A stretch of 64,000 bases of DNA from a virus (Duplodnaviria > Caudoviricetes), in the IMG/VR virus record IMGVR_UViG_3300025084_002866, positions 2,308-66,307 of that record; one strand, written 5' to 3'. The notes below the pieces were generated by a model that was not told the origin of the DNA, searched no databases, and worked only from the letters and a program-made list of their open reading frames with translations. How positions within the stretch are numbered: the first letter of the stretch is position 1; every line of letters starts with the position of its first letter. Shown in pieces: positions 9,505-17,847 of the stretch. Both the position numbers and the translations under genes were made by a program.

Positions 9505-9780
9505 TTATTTTTTTAATATTTTAAAATCTTCACCGGTTATCTTACCGTCGTTGTTAGCATCAATTTTATCTTGATCACCAACCAACTTCATAGTAGGTGG
9601 CGGAGTATATTGAGCAATATTATTAAACTTTTGAAAAGCAGCAGCTTGTTGAGCTGATTGCATTCCTGGATCTTGTATAGTGTTTATACCTTGCAAGTCG
9701 TTTATTGATCTACCTGGCGCTCCAGCTCTATTTTGCTGAATAGGCATACCTGTTATCGGATCTATTTCTGGATTAATCAT
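9505..9780 (-). CDS. Hypothetical protein with EF-hand-like loop
   Basis: C-terminal DANNDGKITGED fits DxNxDGxIxxxD. Confidence 0.6.
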   Translation of the reverse strand: MINPEIDPITGMPIQQNRAGAPGRSINDLQGINTIQDPGMQSAQQAAAFQKFNNIAQYTPPPTMKLVGDQDKIDANNDGKITGEDFKILKK

Positions 9781-10211
9781 CTTTCTTTGTCTTTGTTAAC
9801 GTATTCTACAGATTTAGTCATTACTTTAAAACTATATCTATTACTTTTTTCTAATTTAGTTGTAGGCATGTCTTCTTCGCCTAGCATGATACGATACATT
9901 CTACTGATTAGCTGTTTGCACTTATAGGATACTTTATATATATGATATTTTTGAGTGGTGTGGTTTCTTTTCCGCCACACTGTAATCCACCCTTGTTTCA
10001 ATAATCTGTTCCAGCGCCTGTTATCCCAGCTAAATGAGTACGTACCTTTTTTAAAATCATCTTTTTTAAACATGTCCATAGCGTCTAAATAAATTAGTAG
10101 CTCTAGATCTGCGTCATTTAAATCATTAGTTTTACAAGCCCATTTCCTTATTATTCTATAATGCTTAAGTAAACCTAGTTCTTTTAAATCACTAGAAGTT
10201 AACTTTCTCAT
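9777..10211 (-). CDS. Hypothetical protein, possible winged-helix DNA-binding
   Basis: 144 aa; LNDADLELLIYL...LLKQGWITVW...YKVSYK pattern resembles MarR/wHTH. Confidence 0.5.
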   Translation of the reverse strand: MRKLTSSDLKELGLLKHYRIIRKWACKTNDLNDADLELLIYLDAMDMFKKDDFKKGTYSFSWDNRRWNRLLKQGWITVWRKRNHTTQKYHIYKVSYKCKQLISRMYRIMLGEEDMPTTKLEKSNRYSFKVMTKSVEYVNKDKER

Positions 10212-10468
10212 AGAATAATAACTACATCAAACTCTTTAATGACTTTATATTCTTCTTTATTTATTTCAATATTAAATCCAGCGGCTTTGTCATAGTAAAC
10301 TTCATCACCTTTTTTTAATACTTTTACATCAGAGCCAGGTTCTAAAACCTTAGCTCTTCTGTATCTAACATCTTCTCTTTGCTTTTCAGCTAGAATTAAT
10401 CCACCTTTTGTTTGAACATCAACTTCCTTGATAGGTTCAATTACTACATACTTACCAATTGCTTTCAT
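10208..10468 (-). CDS. groES: Co-chaperonin GroES
   Basis: KAIGKYVVIEP...TKGGLILAE...KKGDEVYY; adjacent to groEL. Confidence 0.9.
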   Translation of the reverse strand: MKAIGKYVVIEPIKEVDVQTKGGLILAEKQREDVRYRRAKVLEPGSDVKVLKKGDEVYYDKAAGFNIEINKEEYKVIKEFDVVIIL

Positions 10469-12009
10469 ACTCTTACGTTATTAATAACACAATCAGTTGA
10501 TAATATAGTAGTAGCTACTGAAGCCGCGTTTGTCAATGCACTCTTAGTAACTAACAAAGGATCTATAATTCCGGCTTTTACCATATCCACCGTATTTCCT
10601 GTAACCACATCTAATCCTTTACCTTCTTCAAGCTTTTCTAATTTTTCAACACCCGCATTTTGCAATATCAACTCATAAGGTTTTCTTATTGCTTGATAAA
10701 GTATTTCTTCACCTATACAGGTTGGTTTTAAATTAAAACTAGCATTTAGTAAAGCTACACCACCTCCTGGCACTATACCTTCTTTAATCGCGGCTTTTGT
10801 AGCGCAAATAGCATCTTCAACTCTGTCTCTCTTCTCTTTAAGTTCTATCTCAGAGTTAGCCCCAACTTTAACTGTAGCAACTTTAGCTTTTAACTTAGCT
10901 AATCGTTTCTCTAGTCTAATAATAATATTAGGGTTTTTAGTTTCTTTTATATTTCTTTCTAACAAGGCGATAGTTTCTTTAACCTCTGCGTTGTCAGTTA
11001 AATCAACTTGTAGTATTGTCTCTTCGTGGTTTGTTACAGACTTAATACATGTACCTAAGTGTTCAGGTTGTATAATATCCATATCATCTCCTAGATCCTC
11101 ATTAATAAGTGTAGCGCCAGTAACAGCACATAGATCAGATAATACATCCTTCTTGCTGATTCCGTATATTGGCGCATCTACGATATTGACCTTTATATTA
11201 CCCTTCGTTTTATTCATAGCTAGCGCGGAAACTACTTGTGGGTCAACATCTGCAATGATAAGAAGACTCTTACCATTTTTTATAATAAATTCAAGGACTG
11301 ACTGAATCTTCCGCACGTTGGGTATTACTGATTCAACGATTAGAACCAACGGATTTTCAAGTTCAGCCGTTCCTTTTTCTTTGTTGGTAATAAAGTGGTT
11401 GTTCTTAAGAGCTCTGTCATATTGAACACCCTCTATTAACTCAACTACAGTTTCTGGTTGTTCGTTTGTTTCCATCATAACAACCCCTGTCTCATCTACT
11501 AATCTGAATGCTTCTCCTATGACCTTACCCAACTCTTTATCATTGTTAGCTGATATAGTAGCGACTTGGTCTATTTTCTTGCCAGTTACTTTCCTGGACT
11601 TTTTATTTAAATACTTTATAACTTTACTAACACCTGAGTCAATACCTTCTTTAACAGCTCTTGGATCATCTAGTAGCGAATGCTCTGTAGCTTGATCTAA
11701 TATAGCTTTAGCTAACACTGTGGCTGTAGTTGTGCCATCACCGGCGTCTGATACTGTTCTTTGAGCCGCTTGCTTTATTAATGTAGCTCCGATGTTTTCT
11801 AATGGATCTTGTAATGTTATACTATTAGCAACTGTTACTCCATCTTTTGTTATTTGTGGTGCGCCATTACCATCTTCTAGTATAACACATTTTCCACTTG
11901 CTCCTAGCGTTGAACCTACTGCATTGGTAAGTTTTTCAACCCCAGTTAATACCTGACCTCTAGCTGTATCGCCAAAAGTCAGGTTTTTAACTAACTTTAA
12001 TTCTTGCAT
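10465..12009 (-). CDS. groEL: Chaperonin GroEL
   Basis: ITKDGVTVA, AGDGTTTATVLA, GIVPGGGVAL, GIIDP motifs; 514 aa, no GGM tail. Confidence 0.97.
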   Translation of the reverse strand: MQELKLVKNLTFGDTARGQVLTGVEKLTNAVGSTLGASGKCVILEDGNGAPQITKDGVTVANSITLQDPLENIGATLIKQAAQRTVSDAGDGTTTATVLAKAILDQATEHSLLDDPRAVKEGIDSGVSKVIKYLNKKSRKVTGKKIDQVATISANNDKELGKVIGEAFRLVDETGVVMMETNEQPETVVELIEGVQYDRALKNNHFITNKEKGTAELENPLVLIVESVIPNVRKIQSVLEFIIKNGKSLLIIADVDPQVVSALAMNKTKGNIKVNIVDAPIYGISKKDVLSDLCAVTGATLINEDLGDDMDIIQPEHLGTCIKSVTNHEETILQVDLTDNAEVKETIALLERNIKETKNPNIIIRLEKRLAKLKAKVATVKVGANSEIELKEKRDRVEDAICATKAAIKEGIVPGGGVALLNASFNLKPTCIGEEILYQAIRKPYELILQNAGVEKLEKLEEGKGLDVVTGNTVDMVKAGIIDPLLVTKSALTNAASVATTILSTDCVINNVRV

Positions 12010-12041
12010 TTGATTTAATTTAATATAATTGTGTTTGAATA

Positions 12042-12332
12042 CTATTCGAAGGTTTTTACAACTTTCGGTCCTTTGGTAAACTCTAGCTTTTTAGTGTAGT
12101 GCTCAATAGAACTATCTATTGCTTGCTCTGCACCAGCTATTGTTTCTCTTCTGGTTACATCAACCCATTCATTTGAGTTCATGTCTTTGTATTCGGTTTG
12201 TAAAAATCCATTAGGTAATTGAGTTATTCTCCAGTTTTTCTTCTGTGAGATATGTTCCCATAACTTAATGGTTTCTTCATTTGGTTGTGGTGTACTACTC
12301 CACGTGTTGGTACGGGTATATAAAAACGTCAT
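12042..12332 (-). CDS. Hypothetical protein
   Basis: 96-aa ORF upstream of groEL on the coding strand. Confidence 0.6.
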   Translation of the reverse strand: MTFLYTRTNTWSSTPQPNEETIKLWEHISQKKNWRITQLPNGFLQTEYKDMNSNEWVDVTRRETIAGAEQAIDSSIEHYTKKLEFTKGPKVVKTFE

Positions 12333-12360
12333 TGTATTTGGTTTTAGTTAAACGTTGGTT

Positions 12361-12378
12361 ATTATATACTATCACTTG
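12361..12378 (-). promoter_or_regulatory. Candidate phage middle/late promoter CAAGTGATAGTATATAAT
   Basis: Related motifs lie upstream of other genes at 51552-51568, 61641-61655, 15131-15151 and 24178-24194. Confidence 0.4.
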
Positions 12379-12391
12379 ATAGTTCGGTTAT

Positions 12392-14263
12392 TTAAGCTTC
12401 TAATGCTTCAATTCTTGCGGTTAATTCTTTTATTGCTCCAACTAACGCTGGTATTACCTTAGTATAGTCAACCATTTGAGGGTCTATATCACCGTTAACA
12501 TCTAATGCGTCTTTGTCACCTATTACAGCATTTGGAAATTGCTCTTGCAATTCATGAGCTAAAAACCCTTCAACCACTGTTGCTTGTCCTATTATATTAT
12601 AATTTACAGGATTAAGAGCGTTTATCTTAACTGTAGAACCCTCTATTGAAGATACATTTTCTTTTAATCTGTAATCAGAAGCATTTGATAGTGACATACT
12701 TAAAGCAGAGGAATCTGAAAAAATATCTCCACATCTAAATGAACCTGGGCCACCTGAACTTCCACCGTAAAAAGTAATTAATCTAGAAGCATTTAATCCA
12801 CCTTGAGCATGAGAAGATCCTACCACTAAAGGCACAGATCCTGAAACAGTGCTTGGGTTAAATATATTTACAGCTCCTATAGAGGCGCTATAACTAGCTC
12901 CAGCAGTACCTACTATAGTGGCATTATTAGATGTAAAATAACCAGAAGGAAGCGTTGTTGAACTCGTTGAGTTTGTTAAAGAGCTATTTAAATATTTAAA
13001 TCCATTAGCTGTTTCGTAACCATCTTCACTAGCGTTTCCAAACATTATTGATCCTATTTCAACAGGATCATCAGAATTATTAGTACCACCATTACTTACG
13101 CCTAAGACTCCACTGACTCCATTAACCAGGTTTGTAGCAGGTATAGTTGACCATGAAGCTGTTGTACCATTAGAAGTTAAAACAGCGGTATTACTTCCTA
13201 TAGTTAAAGCTGAAGGAACACCATTTGCATCACCTAGCCATATCTTTCCTTGTTCCAAATTAGGTAAATCGTTTGTTCTACCTATACATGATACTTGTAA
13301 AGACCCATTAGCACCTGTTTTGTTTACTATAGCTACATTTTGTATAACATCTGTACCTATTGGCTTAGTACCTGTTAAATTTTCTGTAGTACCAGAGTTA
13401 TCAACATAAATAGGTTGACCTATAACTGGATTTGTTATATTATTAGTATTAAAGTCATCTAAAATACCAGTTACAATCATTTTACCTTCACCAGATGAAT
13501 AATCCGCTAGTGCTAGTCCAACCACTGGGTATTTTTCATTACCAGCTTGCTGTGCTGTTGCATCTGCTATTCCAACTGTTGGCCTACCGCTTCCATGAGC
13601 TGGACCTGAAATATATAAAGCATCTCCTTTAGCAACTGACACACTGTATTGCACGTCTTCTATTACAAAAGCGTCTGGAATAGTAACAGTAACTGCGTTG
13701 GTAGCTGCAGTAGCTGTAACTCCTGAACCTACAAAGTTTATAGAAGTAGCTGCTGCTGTAATATCTGTACCTTCATTTAATATAGCTAAGCTACTACCAC
13801 CTCCAGAAGGAGTGCCCCAAGTACCATCACCTTTTAAATAAGTTGTACCGCTACCTCCTGTTGGTACATGTCCAATATTATTTCCTCCAGAATAAGCTGC
13901 AGACGTTAAAACTGGTGCTGTAGTTGAATCGGCGATGGTTATAGCTGTGTTTGCCGATGTGACTGATGATATTCCTACTGGAGTAGCCCAATTACCTTGG
14001 TAATCTAAGAACTGACCAGCTGATCCACCTGTAGTGCCAAGCACGATGGTTCCAGAACTAGTGATAGGATTGTCACCTGTTACAGTAAATGCTGCAATAC
14101 CACTCAAGGATAACCCAACAGATGATACAGATCCGCCACCTGAGCTAGGTAAACTAGATACTTTCACTTGTTTAGTCTTATTACTATCTGCAGAGTCTGA
14201 TATAAGTATTAAATCACTACCTACTGGATTTGTTTTAGTTGGATATGTGTATATTATAGCCAT
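12392..14263 (-). CDS. Tail fibre with C-terminal intramolecular chaperone (peptidase S74)
   Basis: Gly/Ser/Thr-rich fibre repeats (YLKGDGTWGTP); SDYRLKENV...GFLAHELQE...VDY.KVIPALVGAIKEL..RIEALE C-terminus. Confidence 0.85.
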   Translation of the reverse strand: MAIIYTYPTKTNPVGSDLILISDSADSNKTKQVKVSSLPSSGGGSVSSVGLSLSGIAAFTVTGDNPITSSGTIVLGTTGGSAGQFLDYQGNWATPVGISSVTSANTAITIADSTTAPVLTSAAYSGGNNIGHVPTGGSGTTYLKGDGTWGTPSGGGSSLAILNEGTDITAAATSINFVGSGVTATAATNAVTVTIPDAFVIEDVQYSVSVAKGDALYISGPAHGSGRPTVGIADATAQQAGNEKYPVVGLALADYSSGEGKMIVTGILDDFNTNNITNPVIGQPIYVDNSGTTENLTGTKPIGTDVIQNVAIVNKTGANGSLQVSCIGRTNDLPNLEQGKIWLGDANGVPSALTIGSNTAVLTSNGTTASWSTIPATNLVNGVSGVLGVSNGGTNNSDDPVEIGSIMFGNASEDGYETANGFKYLNSSLTNSTSSTTLPSGYFTSNNATIVGTAGASYSASIGAVNIFNPSTVSGSVPLVVGSSHAQGGLNASRLITFYGGSSGGPGSFRCGDIFSDSSALSMSLSNASDYRLKENVSSIEGSTVKINALNPVNYNIIGQATVVEGFLAHELQEQFPNAVIGDKDALDVNGDIDPQMVDYTKVIPALVGAIKELTARIEALEA

Positions 14264-14304
14264 TATTTCTTTTTACATTTAGTTTCTTACCTTTTAACAA
14301 GGCA

Positions 14305-15114
14305 TTATATTAAGCTTTTAAACTTTTTTATACCTTTTTTAAGCATTTTACCAACAAAAGGCTTATAGTCTTTTAATTTAAAGATTTTTTCTGGTCCACC
14401 ATGTTTTTCCATCATTCTCCCATGGCCTATTGCAGCAAATCCTGCCCCAACAATTCCTTTGTTTCTAATATTAGCAGCAATATTGTAACGTCTTTGCTGA
14501 GGTGAATATTTATCTCTTTTATATTTTTGCCATTCACCAAATCTAAATCTTCTACCATCTGTTCTTGGATTAGTAGGTTTATCAACAGCTTCGCTGAAAG
14601 CAGCTCCAGATCCAAAAACCATTCTTGTTTGCGATCCATCACTTTTTCTAACAAACGTTCTTCTTTTTCCTAGACCAGGTACAAGTGGTGATACGATGTC
14701 TAATGCTCTTTCACCTGTTTCTTTTGCAAACTTCTTAGTAGTATCACCTGCTTTTTCGCTAACTTGTTTTAACTTGTTAGATCTATATGCTCTTTGTTTT
14801 TGTTTTGTTTTAAATCGATCTTGTTTTTTATACCCAGCAGTTTTTTCAATATCTTCCACACTAGTACCTGTTCCTTCAGGTATATAACCAGCTTCACCAG
14901 GGCTACCAGGAGTTATAGTAACATCTTGAACTTTTTTGTTTCTTACTTGTCTAATACTTTGAGGACCTGTCATATCTTGTCTAAGCCTTTCGCTAACCAC
15001 ATCTTTCATTTCTTGAGTAGACATGTTATTAGTTTGTATAGCTTCTTTATTCTTAGCTATCTTATTAATAATGTCCTTTAATTTACCTTCCTTCTTAGTT
15101 ACACTATATGCCAT
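14305..15114 (-). CDS. Basic hypothetical protein, first gene of the late arm
   Basis: 269-aa Lys/Arg-rich ORF. Confidence 0.6.
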   Translation of the reverse strand: MAYSVTKKEGKLKDIINKIAKNKEAIQTNNMSTQEMKDVVSERLRQDMTGPQSIRQVRNKKVQDVTITPGSPGEAGYIPEGTGTSVEDIEKTAGYKKQDRFKTKQKQRAYRSNKLKQVSEKAGDTTKKFAKETGERALDIVSPLVPGLGKRRTFVRKSDGSQTRMVFGSGAAFSEAVDKPTNPRTDGRRFRFGEWQKYKRDKYSPQQRRYNIAANIRNKGIVGAGFAAIGHGRMMEKHGGPEKIFKLKDYKPFVGKMLKKGIKKFKSLI

Positions 15115-15130
15115 AATTAATTATTTTGTC

Positions 15131-15151
15131 TTATAGTTAGTATATTACATA
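15131..15151 (-). promoter_or_regulatory. Candidate late-arm promoter TATGTAATATACTAACTATAA
   Basis: Directly upstream of the first minus-strand gene; resembles 24178-24194. Confidence 0.3.
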
Positions 15152-15295
15152 GAATTATTCATTTTTACTTATTGTTTATTGAAACAAAACTAAATAAATC
15201 TATATAATATATATGAATAAGAAAGATACAGTAAAGAAAATAACAGAGATAATATTGAATATACTTAAAATAATAAAGATGATTATTGAAATAGC

Positions 15296-15347
15296 AAAAG
15301 TGTGACAATAGCCTGTTACTAGGCTAGGTCTAACGGCCTAATGTCAC
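15296..15347. repeat. Inverted-repeat element, copy 1 (AAAAGTGTGACAATAG-N26-CTAATGTCAC)
   Basis: Arms nearly identical to those at 22759-22808; internal hairpins TAGCCT/AGGCTA and GGTC/GGCC. Confidence 0.7.
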
Positions 15348-15535
15348 TGTTTTATGTAACTATAAAAAGTATAGAAGTTAGGTACTGCACCCTCACAATA
15401 TAATTTTGTATTCCACAGTAAAATTGAATTTATATTTTAGGGCCCCCTGATGTTTTCAATACATTATTCCACGGTTTTACGTTTTCCCGATGCATTATTG
15501 TGTACCATCTACGTTTTCCATAACTACTTATCTTT

Positions 15536-15566
15536 CACCGACTAATTACGAGTTACATTGGATAAT
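15536..15566 (+). promoter_or_regulatory. Early repeat/promoter copy 1 (divergent)
   Basis: CACCGACTAATTACGA-GTTACATT-GGATAAT. Confidence 0.65.
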
Positions 15567-15604
15567 AATAGTATAAGATAAATAACAAACTAAATAAATA
15601 TAAT

Positions 15605-15673
15605 ATGATAACAGCTTTAATTTTTATACTAACTACATTGACAATAATAAATTCTTTAACTAAACATTTATAG
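15605..15673 (+). CDS. Possible hydrophobic micropeptide (22 aa)
   Basis: MITALIFILTTLTIINSLTKHL, between repeat copies 1 and 2. Confidence 0.3.
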   Translation: MITALIFILTTLTIINSLTKHL

Positions 15674-15740
15674 TAAATTGTGGAGAGGAGAAGTGTTGAA
15701 CTTCTAACTAATAATTAACTAACAAATAAAACTACACTTT

Positions 15741-15771
15741 TACAAACTAAATACGAACTAAAACGGATAAT
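15741..15771 (+). promoter_or_regulatory. Early repeat/promoter copy 2
   Basis: TACAAACTAAATACGA-ACTAAAAC-GGATAAT. Confidence 0.75.
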
Positions 15772-15814
15772 AATAATAACTAAACTAAATTAATAACAAA
15801 TAAATATAATAACT

Positions 15815-16051
15815 ATGAATAATAATAAAATAACTACTAAAAGATTTGTAATCAGAAAATCATTACTCGGTACTAATACAGTAATCACTTTCACTAACAA
15901 AAAAGATATAACATTCACTTATAATCACGATGAAATTTATACTAAGTTTCAAACTAAATTTGACGAGATGAATTGCTTTCAAAAGTACAAAAGTTATACA
16001 AATAGTAACACTGTTCCAAAATTCTGTAGAGAATTAAGTACTCAGTCTTAA
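15815..16051 (+). CDS. Early hypothetical protein
   Basis: 78-aa ORF downstream of repeat copy 2. Confidence 0.7.
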   Translation: MNNNKITTKRFVIRKSLLGTNTVITFTNKKDITFTYNHDEIYTKFQTKFDEMNCFQKYKSYTNSNTVPKFCRELSTQS

Positions 16052-16074
16052 AAACTAAAAGTCCAGTTAGTTCC

Positions 16075-16140
16075 ACTTGTTTTCTGGTAAATCAAATATG
16101 AACAAGTAAAGTCGATGTTGATAGTAATACTTTAACGACT
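16075..16140 (+). ncRNA. Candidate structured RNA (two adjacent hairpins)
   Basis: ACTTGTT(16075-81)/AACAAGT(16101-07) and AGTCG(16110-14)/CGACT(16136-40) with inner pairing, in an ORF-free gap. Confidence 0.35.
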
Positions 16141-16170
16141 ATAAATAACACGAACATATTACTCAGCACA

Positions 16171-16215
16171 TAACTGAAATGGTTGCAAGTGAGATTCGAT
16201 TTCTCACTCAGTTAC
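16171..16215 (+). ncRNA. tRNA-like minihelix (acceptor stem plus T arm only)
   Basis: TAACTGA-AATGGTTGCAA-GTGAGA-TTCGATT-TCTCAC-TCAGTTA-C; no D or anticodon arm. Confidence 0.5.
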
Positions 16216-16243
16216 AAACAAACTACGATAGTCGTAGGATAAT
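16213..16243 (+). promoter_or_regulatory. Early repeat/promoter copy 3
   Basis: TACAAACAAACTACGA-TAGTCGTA-GGATAAT. Confidence 0.7.
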
Positions 16244-16270
16244 AATATAAACTAATAAAAATAAATAACT

Positions 16271-16465
16271 ATGTATAATCCAAACTCTCCTTCAAACTGG
16301 TCTTGGTCAAAAGCTTTCGACGAAATGAATAACTCAATAAATAAAGCTGAACTTGAACAGCAAATAATAAATCACTTAAGTAATTACTCAGGTAATCCAA
16401 AGTGGATTGAATTAACTAAAGATCAACAAGAAGATCATTATGAAATCTTAATACAAATACTATGA
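16271..16465 (+). CDS. Early hypothetical protein
   Basis: 64-aa ORF after repeat copy 3. Confidence 0.65.
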   Translation: MYNPNSPSNWSWSKAFDEMNNSINKAELEQQIINHLSNYSGNPKWIELTKDQQEDHYEILIQIL

Positions 16466-16605
16466 CTAAAAACTTAAATACTACAATTGACAAAATAGCT
16501 TTATCAGAATTTGCTATACACTACTATCAGTTAGGTGATAACGAGAAAATGTGGTGTCACGACGAGATGATTAATAATGATAAATACTTAAAACTAAATA
16601 TATGA
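16462..16605 (+). CDS. Early hypothetical protein (47 aa)
   Basis: Read from sequence: MTKNLNTTIDKIALSEFAIHYYQLGDNEKMWCHDEMINNDKYLKLNI; ATGA overlaps at both ends. Confidence 0.6.
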   Translation: MTKNLNTTIDKIALSEFAIHYYQLGDNEKMWCHDEMINNDKYLKLNI

Positions 16606-16844
16606 ATAAAATAATACTAACAATCGGAATGGCTAGTTCTTTACTAGTATCACCAACAAAAAAAGATAGTACAATAATTGACTCAGTAGAACTAAGTGAA
16701 GCTATAAATAACATTCAAGATATGAAAGAGTGGATGCAGAGTGATATAGATAAAGACAATATAATTACAGATTTAGGTGAATTTTATATTGAAAATCTTA
16801 ATGAAGTTGAAGATATGTTAATTAAACTTTCTAATACAAACTGA
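16602..16844 (+). CDS. Early hypothetical protein with signal-peptide-like N-terminus
   Basis: MNKIILTIGMASSLLVS then acidic helix; its TGA stop lies inside repeat copy 4. Confidence 0.65.
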   Translation: MNKIILTIGMASSLLVSPTKKDSTIIDSVELSEAINNIQDMKEWMQSDIDKDNIITDLGEFYIENLNEVEDMLIKLSNTN

Positions 16845-16865
16845 ATACGATACTAACTGGATAAT
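16835..16865 (+). promoter_or_regulatory. Early repeat/promoter copy 4
   Basis: TACAAACTGAATACGA-TACTAACT-GGATAAT. Confidence 0.75.
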
Positions 16866-16885
16866 AATAATATAAAATAAACAAT

Positions 16886-17104
16886 ATGAATATAGAACAA
16901 CATAAATCTAAACTAAATAAAAAATACAATCAAGCGATTGTCGATAAAGTACTAAACACTATGTGGACTAAACTAGGTAATGAGTTAGACAATATAATGA
17001 TGGAATCAGGTGATTACTCTGAAACTAATAATGAAATGTTTGACGATCAGGATCACTACATGGGAATTATTTGTAACACTATGAAACTACAATGTGATGA
17101 GTGA
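16886..17104 (+). CDS. Early hypothetical protein
   Basis: 72-aa ORF after repeat copy 4. Confidence 0.65.
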   Translation: MNIEQHKSKLNKKYNQAIVDKVLNTMWTKLGNELDNIMMESGDYSETNNEMFDDQDHYMGIICNTMKLQCDE

Positions 17105-17255
17105 TTTATATGAATTTGAAATATACTATGGTGAGATAGAAGAACCACTGTATTTAACTAACGATAAAAACTATATTTGTGATGAAATGAGAGATTTCAT
17201 GGAAGAATTAGGAATAGAATTAAATGAAGTAATATATAAAGTAAAATCAATATGA
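17097..17255 (+). CDS. Early acidic hypothetical protein (52 aa)
   Basis: Read from sequence: MSDLYEFEIYYGEIEEPLYLTNDKNYICDEMRDFMEELGIELNEVIYKVKSI. Confidence 0.6.
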   Translation: MSDLYEFEIYYGEIEEPLYLTNDKNYICDEMRDFMEELGIELNEVIYKVKSI

Positions 17256-17392
17256 AAATAGAAAAAGTAATGCCAAGTGTTATGGCTATATTAATAATAA
17301 CATTACTAGCACTCGCGACATCGTGTACTACAACAGGTAAACTAGCAGTAAATCAAGATAGTTATTACAAATTCTGTCCAGGCTGTAACTAA
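17252..17392 (+). CDS. Small lipoprotein (46 aa)
   Basis: Read from sequence: MKIEKVMPSVMAILIITLLALATSC-TTTGKLAVNQDSYYKFCPGCN; lipobox-like LATSC. Confidence 0.65.
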   Translation: MKIEKVMPSVMAILIITLLALATSCTTTGKLAVNQDSYYKFCPGCN

Positions 17393-17395
17393 AAT

Positions 17396-17575
17396 ATGAA
17401 AATGATAAATAGAAATAAAGAGTGGGATCATGCAGAAGACGAGAAGTCTTTACTAGCCACAGTAGGAATAGTAGTCAGAGAACTCACTATAAAGTGTCCT
17501 AATGACCAAGAACTTGGTAAAGAAGTAAGAGAACTAATACAAAAATACAAACTAAATACGAACACTAATGGATAA
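17396..17575 (+). CDS. Early hypothetical protein (59 aa)
   Basis: Read from sequence: MKMINRNKEWDHAEDEK...PNDQELGKEVRELIQKYKLNTNTNG; the C-terminus is encoded by repeat copy 5. Confidence 0.6.
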   Translation: MKMINRNKEWDHAEDEKSLLATVGIVVRELTIKCPNDQELGKEVRELIQKYKLNTNTNG

Positions 17576-17576
17576 T
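17546..17576 (+). promoter_or_regulatory. Early repeat/promoter copy 5
   Basis: TACAAACTAAATACGA-ACACTAAT-GGATAAT; ATG 7 nt after GATAAT. Confidence 0.8.
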
Positions 17577-17582
17577 AATAAT

Positions 17583-17726
17583 ATGAAAACAATCAAATTT
17601 TACAATAGCAATAGAGCACTCATCAAGTTAGATGGCAAGTTCTACAGAGGTTTAACTATAAATAATATACCAGACGACTATACAAGCTGGTTTAACTACA
17701 AAGGTCTTACTTACATAACAAGTTGA
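17583..17726 (+). CDS. Early hypothetical protein (47 aa), possibly leaderless
   Basis: Read from sequence: MKTIKFYNSNRALIKLDGKFYRGLTINNIPDDYTSWFNYKGLTYITS. Confidence 0.65.
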   Translation: MKTIKFYNSNRALIKLDGKFYRGLTINNIPDDYTSWFNYKGLTYITS

Positions 17727-17736
17727 CAAACAACTG

Positions 17737-17847
17737 ACGAATAAGCATTGTTAACGGGCATGAGTGTGATGCTGTAACTCGACCCAAAAACATACGAGCG
17801 TTAACAAGCTATAGCTCATACCTTAACCAGTATGGGCTTTTCGTGGT
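17737..17847 (+). ncRNA. Three-way-junction RNA/attenuator candidate, copy 1
   Basis: ACGAA-TAA-[TTGTTAACG...CGTTAACAA stem]-GCTCATAC-loop-GTATGGGC-TTTTCGTGGT, then ATG at 17848. Confidence 0.6.

Noticed and set aside
16171-16215. Functional tRNA gene
   Set aside because: No D arm or anticodon arm; only 11 nt between the acceptor strand and the T arm.
17734-17847. Hammerhead ribozyme (CTGACGA core)
   Set aside because: No stem II closed by GAAA in the right place, and CTGA is absent from the second copy.
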